From Chloroflexota bacterium (lineage in GTDB: Bacteria > Chloroflexota > Dehalococcoidia > UBA2979), in assembly GCA_009839925.1 (NCBI GenBank), contig VXOS01000050.1, positions 1 through 59,782 on the forward strand: DNA of 59,782 bases, read 5' to 3'. Position 1 is the first letter of the stretch, and every line of letters begins with the position of its first letter. Of this stretch, positions 1 to 10,302 are shown piece after piece. A program made the position numbers and the translations under genes. The notes below the pieces were generated by a model. It was not told where the DNA came from, did no database searches, and saw nothing but the letters and a program-made list of their open reading frames with translations.

Positions 1-251
1 TGCTCTTCGACGAGCCGACCTCGGCGCTCGACCCGGAGATGATCAAGGAAGTGCTCGACGTGATGCGCGAGCTGGCCGAGTCCGGCATGACGATGATCGT
101 CGTGACGCACGAGATGGGCTTTGCCCGCGAGGTCGCCGACCGGCTCGTGTTCTTCGACGAGGGCGCGCTGGTCGAGCAGGGCACCCCGCAGCACTTCTTC
201 GAGAACCCGACCGAGGACCGGACGAAGCTCTTCCTCTCGCAGATCCTCTAG
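1..251 (+). CDS. ABC transporter ATP-binding protein, C-terminal fragment (polar amino-acid GlnQ/HisP type)
   Basis: The frame is open from the window edge (codons from nt 3). Translation [13 protein letters not shown]...VVTHEMGFA...[18 protein letters not shown] shows Walker B/D-loop ([10 protein letters not shown]) and H-loop (VTHEM). The 5' end is outside the window. Confidence 0.8.
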   Translation, partial: LFDEPTSALDPEMIKEVLDVMRELAESGMTMIVVTHEMGFAREVADRLVFFDEGALVEQGTPQHFFENPTEDRTKLFLSQIL

Positions 252-295
252 GCGGGATCCGCGCACCGACCGGCGGGCGCCCGGGCGCCGGCGGA

Positions 296-371
296 TGGCG
301 CCCTCGGGAGGATTCGAACCTCCGGCCTCCGGATTAGAAGTCCGCTGCTCTGTCCACTGAGCTACGAGGGC
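296..371 (-). tRNA. tRNA-Arg (anticodon TCT)
   Basis: The reverse complement folds as a 76-nt cloverleaf. Acceptor GCCCTCG/CGAGGGC, D arm GCTC-AGTGGACA-GAGC, anticodon stem GCGGA/TCCGG (one G-G mismatch at the base), loop CT-TCT-AA, T arm GGAGG-TTCGAAT-CCTCC, encoded G-CCA end. Confidence 0.8.
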
Positions 372-497
372 GCGCGGGCGCCTGGGCCTCGATCTCAGGA
401 TACAGCGGGACGCCGTGCGCAGCGCCGCGCACGCCCGGTCCGCTAGAATCGCCCACGGACGGGCCGCAGCCGCGGCTCGCACGCCGTTTGGAGACAC

Positions 498-1646
498 ATG
501 GCCGACTCGCCGCTCCAGCAGGTCGCGATCGTCGGGGCCTACAACACGAAGGTCGCCCGTCACCTCGAGGGCGAGACATCGCTTTCGGTCACGGTCGACG
601 CGATGCGCGGCGCGCTGGCGGACGCCGGGATCGACGGCTCCGAGGTCGACGGCGTCAACGTCGTCGCCAGCATGGAGCCGGCCGCGTCGACGCACTTCGT
701 GCACATGCTCGGCGGGCGGCCGAGCTGGACGGGCGGGGCGCTCGTCGGCGTCTCGTCGGTCCTCGAGGCCGCCTCGGCGATCGCGACGGGCTTCTGCCAG
801 ACGGTGGTGATCGCGAACGGCCAGGCGGGCGCCTACTCCGTTCGTCCCTCGACCGCGCCGTGGACCCGGCCGAGCAACGAGTTCGTGGAGTGCTTCGGGC
901 TCTACACGGCAGCCGAGTTCGCCCTGATCGCCCAGCGGCACATGTACCTCTACGACACGAAGCCGGAGCACCTCGCCGAGGTCGCCTCGACGATCCGCAC
1001 GAACGGCGGCCGCAACCCGGACGCCGTCTACAGCGGCCAGGTGATCACGCCCGAGGACGTGCTCAACTCGCGCATGGTCGCCGACCCGTTCCACCTGCTG
1101 GACTGCGCGATGACCGCCGAGGGCGGCGCCGGCCTCGTGCTCACGACCGTTGAGCGCGCGCGCGACCTCGATGTTCCGCTGGTGCGCGTGCTGGGCGGGG
1201 GACTCGACCGGCGCGGACCCGCGTACCACATGGCGCCGATCTGGGACCGCGTCGGCGACGTGGGAGCGTGGGCGGCGAAGAAGGCCTTCGCCATGGCGGG
1301 CCTCACGCCCTCGGACGTGGACGTGTGCGAGTTCTACGACCCGTTCTCCTTTGAGCTGATCCGCCAGTTCGAGGCGTACGGCTTCTGCGAGCTGGGCGAG
1401 GGCGGCCCGTTCGTGATGGACGGCCGGATCCGGCCCGGCGGCGAGTTCCCGATCGTCACGGACGGCGGCACGATGTCGTTCTGCCACGCGGGCACGGCGC
1501 AGCTCCTGCAGCGGGTGGTCTCGGCCGTCCGGCAGCTGCGCGGCACCGCCCACTACAACCAGATCGAGGGCGCGGAGGTCGCGATGGTGACCAACCACGG
1601 CGCCGGCGCGCTCTTCACCGACGCCGCCCTGCTCGGCCGCGGCTAG
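498..1646 (+). CDS. thiolase-like protein (SCP-x / lipid-transfer-protein type)
   Basis: 382-aa ORF. It has the N-terminal VAIVGAYNTK..., internal GGRPSWTGGALVGVSS...AIATG and C-terminal DGGTMSFCHAGTAQ pattern of non-specific thiolase-like proteins. By hand alignment the usual nucleophile position looks like Val/Ser rather than Cys (uncertain). GGAGA lies 5 nt before the ATG. Confidence 0.6.
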   Translation: MADSPLQQVAIVGAYNTKVARHLEGETSLSVTVDAMRGALADAGIDGSEVDGVNVVASMEPAASTHFVHMLGGRPSWTGGALVGVSSVLEAASAIATGFCQTVVIANGQAGAYSVRPSTAPWTRPSNEFVECFGLYTAAEFALIAQRHMYLYDTKPEHLAEVASTIRTNGGRNPDAVYSGQVITPEDVLNSRMVADPFHLLDCAMTAEGGAGLVLTTVERARDLDVPLVRVLGGGLDRRGPAYHMAPIWDRVGDVGAWAAKKAFAMAGLTPSDVDVCEFYDPFSFELIRQFEAYGFCELGEGGPFVMDGRIRPGGEFPIVTDGGTMSFCHAGTAQLLQRVVSAVRQLRGTAHYNQIEGAEVAMVTNHGAGALFTDAALLGRG

Positions 1647-1724
1647 GCGCTCGCAGCCAAGCCCCGGCGCTCAGCGCGCCACAGCTCCTCGAACGTTCGT
1701 GAAAATATGTATCCTGTGTGAGCC

Positions 1725-3830
1725 ATGACGAGTACTCCCCAAACCGCAAGGGCAAGCGCCGGAGCGCGCGCCGAGCCGCGCCGCGAGGTCGCGTTCGACC
1801 TCGATGACCCGGAGCTCTACCTCAACCGCGAGCTGAGCTGGCTGGACTTCAACGACCGCGTGCTGGCGGAAGCGAAGGATCCGCGCAACCCGCTGCTGGA
1901 ACGGGTCAAGTTCGTCGCCATCACCAGCAGCAACCTCGACGAGTTCTACGAGAAGCGGATCGGCTGGCTGCAGCGCCTGCTGCGCACCAACCCCGCGCGC
2001 CGCACCGTGGACGGTCTGACGGTGGCCGCCCAGCTGATGCAGGCGAAGGAGCGCTGCGCCGCGATGCGCCACGCCACCGACGAGCTCTGGATGCGCGAGC
2101 TGCGCCCCGCCCTCGCCGCCGCCGGGGTGCGCATCGTCAGCTTCGACTCACTCAACACGGCCGAGCAGGCGGAACTGGGCGAGCACTTCGAGCGCATGAT
2201 CCTGCCGGTGCTGACGCCGCTGGTCGTCGATCCGGCTCATCCGTTCCCGTTCATCTCCGGCGGCAGCCTCTCGCTGGTGATCGAGCTCGGGGATCCGGGC
2301 AGCAACAGCGGCCGCTTCGCGCGCGTCAAGGTGCCTCCCAACCGCCCCCGCTTCATCGAGATCGGTGACGGGCGCTTCGTGCCGATCGAGGAGGTGATCG
2401 GGGCCTTCCTGCACCTGCTCTTCAACGGCGTCGAGGTGCGCGGCTGGAACATGGTGCGCGTGCTCCGCAGCGCCGACATCGGCGAACCGGGCGAGGCGGC
2501 GCAGGACCTGCGCGAGCTGATCGAGAGCCAGTTGGAGCAGCGGCGGCTCGCCTCCGCCGTCGCCCTCGAAGCGCCCGCAGCGCTGCCTGCGGCACACCGG
2601 CGCCTGCTGCTCGACGAGCTGGACCTCGACGACTCGGACGTGATCGAGATCGACGACCTGATCGGCAAGGACGACCTGATGCAGATCGGCACGCTGCCGC
2701 GGCCCGATCTCTCGATGCCCCCGTTCACCCCGGCGGTCCCCTCCTCGTTCGCCAACATCGAGGACCACCACGCGCTGTTCGCGCTGCTGCGCGAGCGGGA
2801 CGTGATGGTCTCGCACCCGTACGAGTCCTTCGACGCGACGGTCGCGCGCTTCGTCGAGGCTGCCGCGCAGGACCCGCAGGTGCTCGCGATCAAGCAGACG
2901 CTGTACCGCACCTCGCCGGACTCACCCGTGCTGGAGTCGCTGATCGACGCGGCCGGCAAGGGCAAGCAGGTGGCCGTGGTGGTCGAGCTGTCGGCGCGCT
3001 TCGACGAGGCGAACAACATCGAGTGGACGCACCGCCTCGAGCAGGCAGGGGTGCACATCGCCTACGGCTCGCCGGCGCTGAAGGTGCACAGCAAGACCTG
3101 CCTGGTCGTGCGCGAGGAGGAATCGGAGCTGCGGCTCTACGCGCACATCGGGACCGGGAACTACAACTCCGCGACCGCGCGGGTCTACAGCGACCTCGGG
3201 GTCTTCACATCCGACCATGGCATCTGCTCGGACCTGGTGACGGTCTTCAACCACCTCACCGGATCCTCGGCGCAGCCGGTGACCGACCACCTCGTGGTCG
3301 CGCCGACCACGCTGCGGCGCGACTTCGAGCAGCGCGTGCGGCGCGAGATCGAGCACGCCCGCAACGGGCGGCCCGCGCGCGTGATCTTCAAGATGAACGC
3401 GCTCGAGGACGCCCGCTTCACGCGCCTGCTCTACGAGGCGGCGCAGGCCGGCGTGCAGGTCGACCTGATCGTGCGCGGCATCTGCAGACTGCGGCCCGGC
3501 CTCGAGGGCCTGAGCGAGCGCGTGCGCGTCGTCAGCGTCGTGGGCCGCTTCCTCGAGCACGCACGCATCTACTACTTCGAGAACGACGGCGACCCGGAGT
3601 ACTTCATCGGCAGCGCCGACCTGATGGAGCGCAACATGGACGAGCGGATCGAGATCCTCACCCCGATCCGCCAGGCCGACCTGCGCGAGCAGTTGCAGGG
3701 CGTCCTCGACGACCAGCTCGCCGACCCCCGCCAGGGCTGGGAGCTGCGCGACTCCGAGTGGGAGCGCGATCCGGAGTGTCCGCGGCCCGGCGTACACGCT
3801 GAGCTGCTGGCTCGCGCCCCGTTCAGCTAG
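1725..3830 (+). CDS. ppk: polyphosphate kinase 1
   Basis: 701 aa. N-terminal LYLNRELSWLDFNDRVLAEAKDPRNPLLERVKFVAITSSNLDEFYEKRI, phosphohistidine region LKVHSKTCLV and two PLD-like C-terminal domains (FLEHARIYYF) are diagnostic of PPK1. Confidence 0.9.
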   Translation: MTSTPQTARASAGARAEPRREVAFDLDDPELYLNRELSWLDFNDRVLAEAKDPRNPLLERVKFVAITSSNLDEFYEKRIGWLQRLLRTNPARRTVDGLTVAAQLMQAKERCAAMRHATDELWMRELRPALAAAGVRIVSFDSLNTAEQAELGEHFERMILPVLTPLVVDPAHPFPFISGGSLSLVIELGDPGSNSGRFARVKVPPNRPRFIEIGDGRFVPIEEVIGAFLHLLFNGVEVRGWNMVRVLRSADIGEPGEAAQDLRELIESQLEQRRLASAVALEAPAALPAAHRRLLLDELDLDDSDVIEIDDLIGKDDLMQIGTLPRPDLSMPPFTPAVPSSFANIEDHHALFALLRERDVMVSHPYESFDATVARFVEAAAQDPQVLAIKQTLYRTSPDSPVLESLIDAAGKGKQVAVVVELSARFDEANNIEWTHRLEQAGVHIAYGSPALKVHSKTCLVVREEESELRLYAHIGTGNYNSATARVYSDLGVFTSDHGICSDLVTVFNHLTGSSAQPVTDHLVVAPTTLRRDFEQRVRREIEHARNGRPARVIFKMNALEDARFTRLLYEAAQAGVQVDLIVRGICRLRPGLEGLSERVRVVSVVGRFLEHARIYYFENDGDPEYFIGSADLMERNMDERIEILTPIRQADLREQLQGVLDDQLADPRQGWELRDSEWERDPECPRPGVHAELLARAPFS

Positions 3831-3959
3831 ATCCTCCACCCGCCCGAACCGCAACCACCGAGGGCCACGGCGTCTCACGATGCGGAACGCGGTGACCCCC
3901 CGAGAGGACACCGCCGTTACCATGACGCCCGCACTGCCGTAGCCGGCAAGGGACGAGGG

Positions 3960-5195
3960 ATGGCGCGAGCGCTCGCCAACTACAGGATCTGCGACTTCAC
4001 GGGCCAGCTCGCCGGCGCGGGCGCGACGCGTCACCTCGCCGCGTTCGGCGCCGAGGTGATCCGCATCGAGGACCCCGTGAACGAGGGGCGCTGGGACATC
4101 CTGCGCGGGCAGCCGCCCTACCCGGACGAGCGGCGCGGCATCAACCTCGGCGGCGCCTTCAACAACCACAACACCGAGAAGCTGGGCATCACGCTCAACC
4201 TCCGCACCGAGCGCGGCAAGGAGCTGCTGCGCGACCTGGTGCGCATCTCCGACGCGGTGACGGAGAACTTCTCGGCCGGCGTGATGGAACGGCTCGGCTT
4301 CGGCTACGAGCAGCTGCGCGAGCTGAAGCCGGACATCGTCTACGTCTCCAACAGCGGCTTCGGCGGCAGCGGCCCCTACCGCGACTACAAGACCTGGGGG
4401 CCGATCGTGCAGGCGATCTCCGGGCTGACCTGGACCTCGAAGCTGCGAGACCAGCCGCCCGCCGGCTGGGGCTACTCCTACATGGACCACACCGGCGCCT
4501 ACTACATGGCGATCGGGCTGCTCGCCGCGCTCCACCACCGCAACGTCACCGGCGAGGGGCAGTGGGTCGACATGGCCTGCACCGAGGCGGGCGCGACGCT
4601 GACCGGACCGGCGACCCTCGACTACACCGTCAACGGACGCCCGACGCGCCGCGACGGCCTGCCCGACTCGAACCACAGCGAGTGGCCGCCAATGGCGCCG
4701 CATGCGATCTACCCCGCCGCCGGCGAGGACAACTGGATCGCCATCGCCTGCCGCAACGAGGACGACTGGCGCGCCCTCGCCGCCGTCGTCGCCGAACCGT
4801 GGACGGACGACCCGCGCTTCGCCAGCCTCGAGGCGCGCCGCGAGCACGAGGACGCCCTCGACGCGCTGCTCGCGGCTTGGACCGGGGCGCGGGAGGCATT
4901 CGAGACGGCCGCGCGGCTGCGGGATGCGGGCGTGCCGGCCGCCGCCGTCGCGCGCCCCGAGGATCGCATCGACCACGACCCGAGCACGGCGGCCTGGGGC
5001 CTCTGGCCGGAGATCACGCAGACGGAAATGGGCCGCGTCCGCGTCGACGGCGTGCCTGTGCACCTCAGCGAGACGGACTGGCGCCTTGAGCGGGGCGCAC
5101 CCTGTCTCGGCGAGCACAACGAGTACGTCTTCGGCGAGCTGCTCGGCCTCGATAGCAGCGAGGTCGAACAGCTCCACGAGGACGGCGTGATATGA
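3960..5195 (+). CDS. family III CoA-transferase (CaiB/BaiF family)
   Basis: 411 aa. N-terminal YRICDFTGQLAGAGATRHLAAFGAEVIRIEDP matches the Rossmann-like signature of the family. The stop overlaps the next start (ATGA at 5192-5195). Confidence 0.8.
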   Translation: MARALANYRICDFTGQLAGAGATRHLAAFGAEVIRIEDPVNEGRWDILRGQPPYPDERRGINLGGAFNNHNTEKLGITLNLRTERGKELLRDLVRISDAVTENFSAGVMERLGFGYEQLRELKPDIVYVSNSGFGGSGPYRDYKTWGPIVQAISGLTWTSKLRDQPPAGWGYSYMDHTGAYYMAIGLLAALHHRNVTGEGQWVDMACTEAGATLTGPATLDYTVNGRPTRRDGLPDSNHSEWPPMAPHAIYPAAGEDNWIAIACRNEDDWRALAAVVAEPWTDDPRFASLEARREHEDALDALLAAWTGAREAFETAARLRDAGVPAAAVARPEDRIDHDPSTAAWGLWPEITQTEMGRVRVDGVPVHLSETDWRLERGAPCLGEHNEYVFGELLGLDSSEVEQLHEDGVI

Positions 5196-6475
5196 CGCAG
5201 CCGTCCACTCCCGCGCCCGGCCCACAGTCGGGCCCACTGACGGGCCTGCGCGTCGTCGAGCTGTGCGACGAGGCCGGCGAGCTGGCGGGCAAGCTGCTCG
5301 GCGACATGGGCGCGGATGTGATCAAGGTCGAGCCGCCCGAGGGCGCCCGCACGCGCGGCTACGAGCCGTTCCTCGGCGACGAGCCGCACCCCGAGCGCAG
5401 CCTCTACTTCTGGCACTACAACACCAGCAAGCGCTCAGTGACGCTCGACCTCGAGACTGACGAGGGCCGCGAGGCGTTCCGCCGCCTGGTCGCGAACGCC
5501 GACGTGCTGGTGGAGGACCAGCCGCCGGGCCGCCTCGCGGCGCTGGGGCTGGACTACGCGGATCTGCGGGCGGCGAACCCGCAGCTGATCCACGCGGCGA
5601 TTACGTCCTTCGGGCGCGATGATCCGCGCAGCCTGGAGCCGTTCACGGACCTCACGATCCTTGCGGGCGGCGGTCCGGTCTGGTCCTGCGGCTACGACGA
5701 CCACTCGCTGCCGCCGGTGCGCGGCGGCGGCGGCCAGGGCTTCCAGACCGGCTGCCACTGGGCGCTGATCTCGATCCTCACGGCCCTGCTCCATCGCGAC
5801 GGCGGCGGCGAGGGCCAGTTCATCGACGTCAGCATGCACGCCGCCTCGAACGTCACGACCGAGGCCGCGAGCTACCAGTGGCTCGTCGCGAACAACACCG
5901 TGCAACGCCAGACGGGCCGCCACGCCGCGCCCTCGCCGAGCATCCCCACCCAGCGGGAGGCCGCCGACGGGCGCTGGATCAACACTGGCCTCTTCCCCCG
6001 CTATCCGGACCAGTTCACGACCGTGATCGAGTGGCTGCGCGAGGTCGACCTCCTCGACGCGTTCGAGGAGGCGCCGCTGCTCGAGGTCGCGGCAGGACGC
6101 GAAGGCATGCTCAACATCGGGCGCATCGGCGAGGACGGCGAGGAGGCGGCACTGCTGGCGGCGGGCCGCGAGGCCATGAACCTGCTGGCGGCGCGCCTCC
6201 CCGCCTACGAGTTCTTCGAGGGCGCCCAGCAGCGCGGCTTCCAGGTCGGGATCATCTACGCGCCCGAGGAAGTCATCGCCGACCCGCACTTCGTCGCGCG
6301 CGGCTTCCCGACGGAAATCGAGCACCCGGAGCTGGACCGCTCCTTCACCTACCCCGGCGCGCCCTGGCGCTTCGGGGCGTCGCCCTGGGCGATCAGCCGC
6401 CGCCCGCCGCTACTCGGCGGGCACACCGAGGAGCTGCTGGCCGAGCTCGGTCTCGCCCCCGCTGGAGCCGACTGA
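5192..6475 (+). CDS. family III CoA-transferase (CaiB/BaiF family)
   Basis: 427 aa. LTGLRVVELCDEAGELAGKLLGDMGADVIKVEPPEG signature. Translationally coupled to the upstream paralogue. Confidence 0.8.
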   Translation: MTQPSTPAPGPQSGPLTGLRVVELCDEAGELAGKLLGDMGADVIKVEPPEGARTRGYEPFLGDEPHPERSLYFWHYNTSKRSVTLDLETDEGREAFRRLVANADVLVEDQPPGRLAALGLDYADLRAANPQLIHAAITSFGRDDPRSLEPFTDLTILAGGGPVWSCGYDDHSLPPVRGGGGQGFQTGCHWALISILTALLHRDGGGEGQFIDVSMHAASNVTTEAASYQWLVANNTVQRQTGRHAAPSPSIPTQREAADGRWINTGLFPRYPDQFTTVIEWLREVDLLDAFEEAPLLEVAAGREGMLNIGRIGEDGEEAALLAAGREAMNLLAARLPAYEFFEGAQQRGFQVGIIYAPEEVIADPHFVARGFPTEIEHPELDRSFTYPGAPWRFGASPWAISRRPPLLGGHTEELLAELGLAPAGAD

Positions 6476-6488
6476 CCTCGGCGGCTGC

Positions 6489-7703
6489 TCAGGCCACCAC
6501 CCCGCGCCCGCGCAGCTCCGCGATCCGCGCCGCCTCGAGGCCGAGCGATCCAAGCACGTCGTCCGTGTGCTCGCCAAGCCGCGCCGAGGGCAACCGCACC
6601 TCGCCCGGCGTCCCGAGCAGCCTCGGCGCCACGCCGACCTGCTCGACCATCCCCGCTTCCGGATCCTCGATGGTTTCGACCAGCCCGCGCTCGCGCACGT
6701 GCGGGTCCGCCGCCATCTCGTCGAGATCGAGCACGGGCGTGAGGCAGGCGTCCGCTTCGCCGAGGACGGCGAACCACTCGTCGCGGGGCCGCGTGAGGAA
6801 GGTCGCGGCGAAGGCGTCCATCATCTCCTGCTGACGGTCGTCGTCGTGCTGGTGCGGGATGAACTCCTCGTGGCCGAGGCCGCGGCAGAGCGCCTCGAAG
6901 AAGTAGGCCTCGATCGCGCCAACGCTGATCCACTTGCCATCGGCGCACTGGTAGACGTTGTAGAAGCAGCGCCCGCCGCCGAGCGGGTGCTCGCCCCGCG
7001 AGGGCGGGGGCTTGCCGACGTTGAACATCCTCGAGATCTGCATGCTGAGCAGCGAGGTCACGCCGTCCGACATCGCGAGATCGATGTCCTGGCCGCGTCC
7101 GCTGCGCTCGCGCGCCTGCACGGCCAGCAGCACGGCGAAGGCGAGCAGCAGGCCGCCTCCGCCGAAGTCGGCGACGAGGTTGAGCGGCATCACCGGCTTG
7201 CCGTCCGCGCCCCCGATCATGCCGAGCGCTCCGCCGATCGAGATGTAGTTGATGTCGTGCCCGGCCATCTGCGCGTAGGGGCCGGTCCGGCCGTAGCCGG
7301 ACAGCGTGCCGGTGATGATCCGGGGATTGCGCGCCGACAGCGTCGCGTAGTCGATGCCCAGGCGCTCCGTGACCCCCGGCCGGAAGCCGTCGAGCACGAC
7401 GTCGGCCTCGTCGACAAGGCGGTAGAACAGCTCGAGGCCCTCGGGCTCGCGCAGGTTGATCGCGATCGAGCGCTTGTTGCGGCGGAAGGCGTTGGTCGCG
7501 ATCTGGCGCTCGGCCTGGGCGGCGGCCTCCGGGTCGCCTCCACCCTGGGCGTCGAAGCGAGGCACCGCGCCGGGCGGGATCTCGACCATCAGCACGTCCG
7601 CCCCGAAGTCGGCGAGCAGCATCGAGCCGTACATCCCGGGACCGAGCCGGGCGAGATCGAGCACGCGCAGACCCTGCAACGCCTCTGTCATCGCAACCTC
7701 CAC
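6489..7703 (-). CDS. family III CoA-transferase (alpha-methylacyl-CoA racemase-like)
   Basis: 404 aa. LQGLRVLDLARLGPGMYGSMLLADFGADVLMVE and GHDINYISIGG motifs. Convergent with the two upstream paralogues. Confidence 0.8.
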   Translation of the reverse strand: MEVAMTEALQGLRVLDLARLGPGMYGSMLLADFGADVLMVEIPPGAVPRFDAQGGGDPEAAAQAERQIATNAFRRNKRSIAINLREPEGLELFYRLVDEADVVLDGFRPGVTERLGIDYATLSARNPRIITGTLSGYGRTGPYAQMAGHDINYISIGGALGMIGGADGKPVMPLNLVADFGGGGLLLAFAVLLAVQARERSGRGQDIDLAMSDGVTSLLSMQISRMFNVGKPPPSRGEHPLGGGRCFYNVYQCADGKWISVGAIEAYFFEALCRGLGHEEFIPHQHDDDRQQEMMDAFAATFLTRPRDEWFAVLGEADACLTPVLDLDEMAADPHVRERGLVETIEDPEAGMVEQVGVAPRLLGTPGEVRLPSARLGEHTDDVLGSLGLEAARIAELRGRGVVA

Positions 7704-7805
7704 AGTCCGCCGGCCCGCGCCGCCGCCCGCGCAGCCGCCCCGTTGGGCGACAGGCTAGAATGCGCCCGACGCGGGGACCAGCCCCGAGAGCCCGGGAGCA
7801 GCGCC

Positions 7806-9149
7806 ATGCACCTCATGTACTTCACCGAGCAGCCGGACTCCGCATATCCGGAACCGCGGGACGAGGATGGCAACCTCGGCACGACACGGGTGACCTTCTC
7901 GAACAAGTACTACAACCCCGTCGAGGGCAGCCGCCTCTACAACGACCGCCTCCGGGAGTACCAGAAGGCCGAAGAAGTCAGCTACGACGGCATCATGCTC
8001 AACGAGCACCACAACGCGCCGTTCTGCATGCAGTCGCAGATCACGGTCTGGGCCAGCATCCTCGCCGCCGCGACCGAGCGCGTGAAGATCGTGCTGCTCG
8101 GTACGCCGCTGCCGACCCTCGACAACCCGCTCGCCGCGGCCGAGAGCCTGGCCATGGTCGACATGATCTCGAAGGGCCGCCTCGTCGCCGGCATCGTCCG
8201 CGGCGGCGGGTCGGAGCAGCTCGCGAACAACGTCAACCCGGCGTTCAACCGCGATCGCTTCTACGAGGCGCACGACCTGATCGTGAAGGCCTGGACGGAG
8301 CCCGGGCCCTGGCGCTGGGAGGGCGATCACTACCACTTCCGCGCCGTGAACCCCTGGGCGCGCCCGCTGCAGCAGCCGCACCCGCGCATCTGGGTGCCCG
8401 GCACCGCGAGCCCCGAGACGATCGTCTGGTGCGCGCAGCAGCGTTACCCCTACATCGCCCTCAACACCGCCGTCGACGTCACGCAGCAGATCTGGAACCT
8501 CTACGACGAGACCGCCGCCGAGGCCGGCTACGAGGCCGGCCCCGAGCACCGCGGCTATCTGCTGCGCGTGCACGTCGCCGACACGGAGGAGAAGGCGGTC
8601 CGGAACGCGCAGCAGTTCATGTGGATGCAGGGCGAGTTCGCCGGCGTCGGCCAGCCGGAGTACCAGTCGCCCTCGGGCTACTTCTCGCCGACGCGGCGCG
8701 AGCAGTACGTGCAGGTCATCAACCACCGCGGCGAGGACCCCCGCGCCCGCCCCTTCGACGACCAGCGCGCAACCCGCACGATCGTCGCCGGGACGCCGGA
8801 CCAGGTCGTCGAGGAGCTGCGCGTCGTCATGGAGGCGACGCGGCCGGGGATCTTCGCCCTCTGGGGCAGCGACGGACGCGTCAGCCACGAGGACGCGCTG
8901 CGCTGCATCGAGCTGACCGGCCAGGAGGTGCTACCGCGCCTGCGCGAGATCGCGAAGGAGCTGGACCTCAAGGACCCCTTCGAGACGGACGCCCCGGTCA
9001 GCTCGCAGTTCCTCGATCCGTCGACGGTGCCGGACACGTTCGAGGTGCCGACGCCGCCGGTGGAGCCCGCGCGCGTTCGCCGTGGCACGGCCGTCGGCAC
9101 GGAGAGCCTGCGACCCGGGTCAATCGGGTCGCCCGCTTCGAGGAGTTAG
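7806..9149 (+). CDS. LLM-class (luciferase-like) flavin/F420-dependent oxidoreductase
   Basis: Internal ATG of the 6567..9149 ORF. Everything upstream is antisense to the CoA-transferase. MHLMYFTEQPDSAYPE...YDGIMLNEHHNAPFCMQ...RLVAGIVRGG is typical of luciferase-like monooxygenases. Confidence 0.75.
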   Translation: MHLMYFTEQPDSAYPEPRDEDGNLGTTRVTFSNKYYNPVEGSRLYNDRLREYQKAEEVSYDGIMLNEHHNAPFCMQSQITVWASILAAATERVKIVLLGTPLPTLDNPLAAAESLAMVDMISKGRLVAGIVRGGGSEQLANNVNPAFNRDRFYEAHDLIVKAWTEPGPWRWEGDHYHFRAVNPWARPLQQPHPRIWVPGTASPETIVWCAQQRYPYIALNTAVDVTQQIWNLYDETAAEAGYEAGPEHRGYLLRVHVADTEEKAVRNAQQFMWMQGEFAGVGQPEYQSPSGYFSPTRREQYVQVINHRGEDPRARPFDDQRATRTIVAGTPDQVVEELRVVMEATRPGIFALWGSDGRVSHEDALRCIELTGQEVLPRLREIAKELDLKDPFETDAPVSSQFLDPSTVPDTFEVPTPPVEPARVRRGTAVGTESLRPGSIGSPASRS

Positions 9150-9152
9150 CCC

Positions 9153-10268
9153 ATGCCCTCTGATCCGCTCCGCACCCGCCTCTGCGACGAGTACGGCTGC
9201 GAGTACCCGATCATCGGGTTCGCGCACACGAAGGACGTCGTCGCCGCCGTCACCAACGCCGGCGGCATCGGCGTCTACGGCGCCAACTCGCTGACCCCCG
9301 AGCAAATCCAGTCCGACGTGCGCTGGATCAAGGAGCGCGTCGGCGACCGCCCCTTCGGCGTCGACCTGCTGCTCTCCGCCTCGTACATCGAGGGCACCCC
9401 GGAGGATCTCGAGGCGCAGATCCCGCAGGGGCACATCGACTTCGTGGACCGCGTGATGGAGGAGCACGGCATCCCGGATCCGAAGACGCCGGGGCCGTGG
9501 CGCCAGGAGCGCGTGGACCTGCTGCGCAAGGCGCGCGCCAAGTTCGACGTCATCAAGGCGGAGCAGGTTCCGATCTTCGCCTCCGGCATGGGCAGCCCGG
9601 CGTTCATCCTCGACGAGTTGCACGACGCCGGGATCAAGGTCTGGGGGCTGATCGGCCTCGCCCGCCAGGCGCGGCGCGAGCTCGAGCAGGGGCTTGACCT
9701 GATCGTCGCCCAGGGTCAGGACTCCGGGGGCCACACCGGCCGGATGGGCACCTTCTCGCTCGTGCGCGAGGTGACCGAGATCGCGAAGGACTACGACACG
9801 CCGATCCTCGCCGCGGGCGGCGTCACCACCGGCGCGCACATCGTCGCCGCGCTCGCCCTCGGCGCGTCCGGCGTCTGGTGCGGCACGATCTGGCAGACCA
9901 CGCACGAGTCCGAGACCTCGATGGCGAAGAAGCAGAAGCTGCTCGATTCCGGCAACCAGGACGCCTGGGTGTCCGAGGCGATCGACGGCAAGCGCATGCG
10001 CGTTATCCGCGGGGCGTTCCTCGACGTCTTCGACGCACCGGACGCCCCGCCCCCGCTCGCGATGCCGCTCCAGGGCATGCTGCTCGGGAAGCTCGAGCAG
10101 GCCGTCGAGGATCACCAGGTCTACGACTGGCTGCGCATCCCGGCGGGCCAGGGCGTCGGCTTCGTCACGGAAATGAAGCCCGCGCGCCAGGCCCTGCTCG
10201 ACCTCGTCGAGGAGGCGCGCGACAGCCTCGACTGGATGGGCTTCGACCCACCCGACGACGAGGAGTAG
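9153..10268 (+). CDS. nitronate monooxygenase / 2-nitropropane-dioxygenase-like FMN oxidoreductase
   Basis: 371 aa. YPIIGFAHTKDVVAAVTNAGGIGVYG, IVAQGQDSGGHTG and PILAAGGVTTGAHIVAALALGASGVWCGT motifs of the NMO/FabK-like TIM-barrel family. It starts 4 nt after the LLM stop. Confidence 0.75.
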   Translation: MPSDPLRTRLCDEYGCEYPIIGFAHTKDVVAAVTNAGGIGVYGANSLTPEQIQSDVRWIKERVGDRPFGVDLLLSASYIEGTPEDLEAQIPQGHIDFVDRVMEEHGIPDPKTPGPWRQERVDLLRKARAKFDVIKAEQVPIFASGMGSPAFILDELHDAGIKVWGLIGLARQARRELEQGLDLIVAQGQDSGGHTGRMGTFSLVREVTEIAKDYDTPILAAGGVTTGAHIVAALALGASGVWCGTIWQTTHESETSMAKKQKLLDSGNQDAWVSEAIDGKRMRVIRGAFLDVFDAPDAPPPLAMPLQGMLLGKLEQAVEDHQVYDWLRIPAGQGVGFVTEMKPARQALLDLVEEARDSLDWMGFDPPDDEE

Positions 10269-10302
10269 GCCCCGCGAGGCGGCAGCACGCAAGGAGATTG
10301 CG

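Noticed and set aside
2922-5237. Very long ORFs antisense to, or out of frame with, the annotated genes. Examples are 2922..5237 (-, 771 aa), 13062..15266 (-, 734 aa), 16455..18431 (+), 24457..26688 (-), 27706..29538 (-), 49210..51108 (+), 51249..53114 (-) and 56935..58965 (+).
   Set aside because: Their translations are monotonous Arg/Ala/Gly/Pro/Asp strings with no motifs. They lie exactly opposite or out of frame with genes that have clear family signatures. Shadow ORFs like these are expected at ~70% GC because stop codons are rare.
6567-7805. N-terminal 413 codons of the 860-aa ORF 6567..9149.
   Set aside because: This stretch is antisense to the well-supported CoA-transferase gene (6489..7703) and has shadow-ORF composition. 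The LLM-family similarity begins only at the ATG at 7806.
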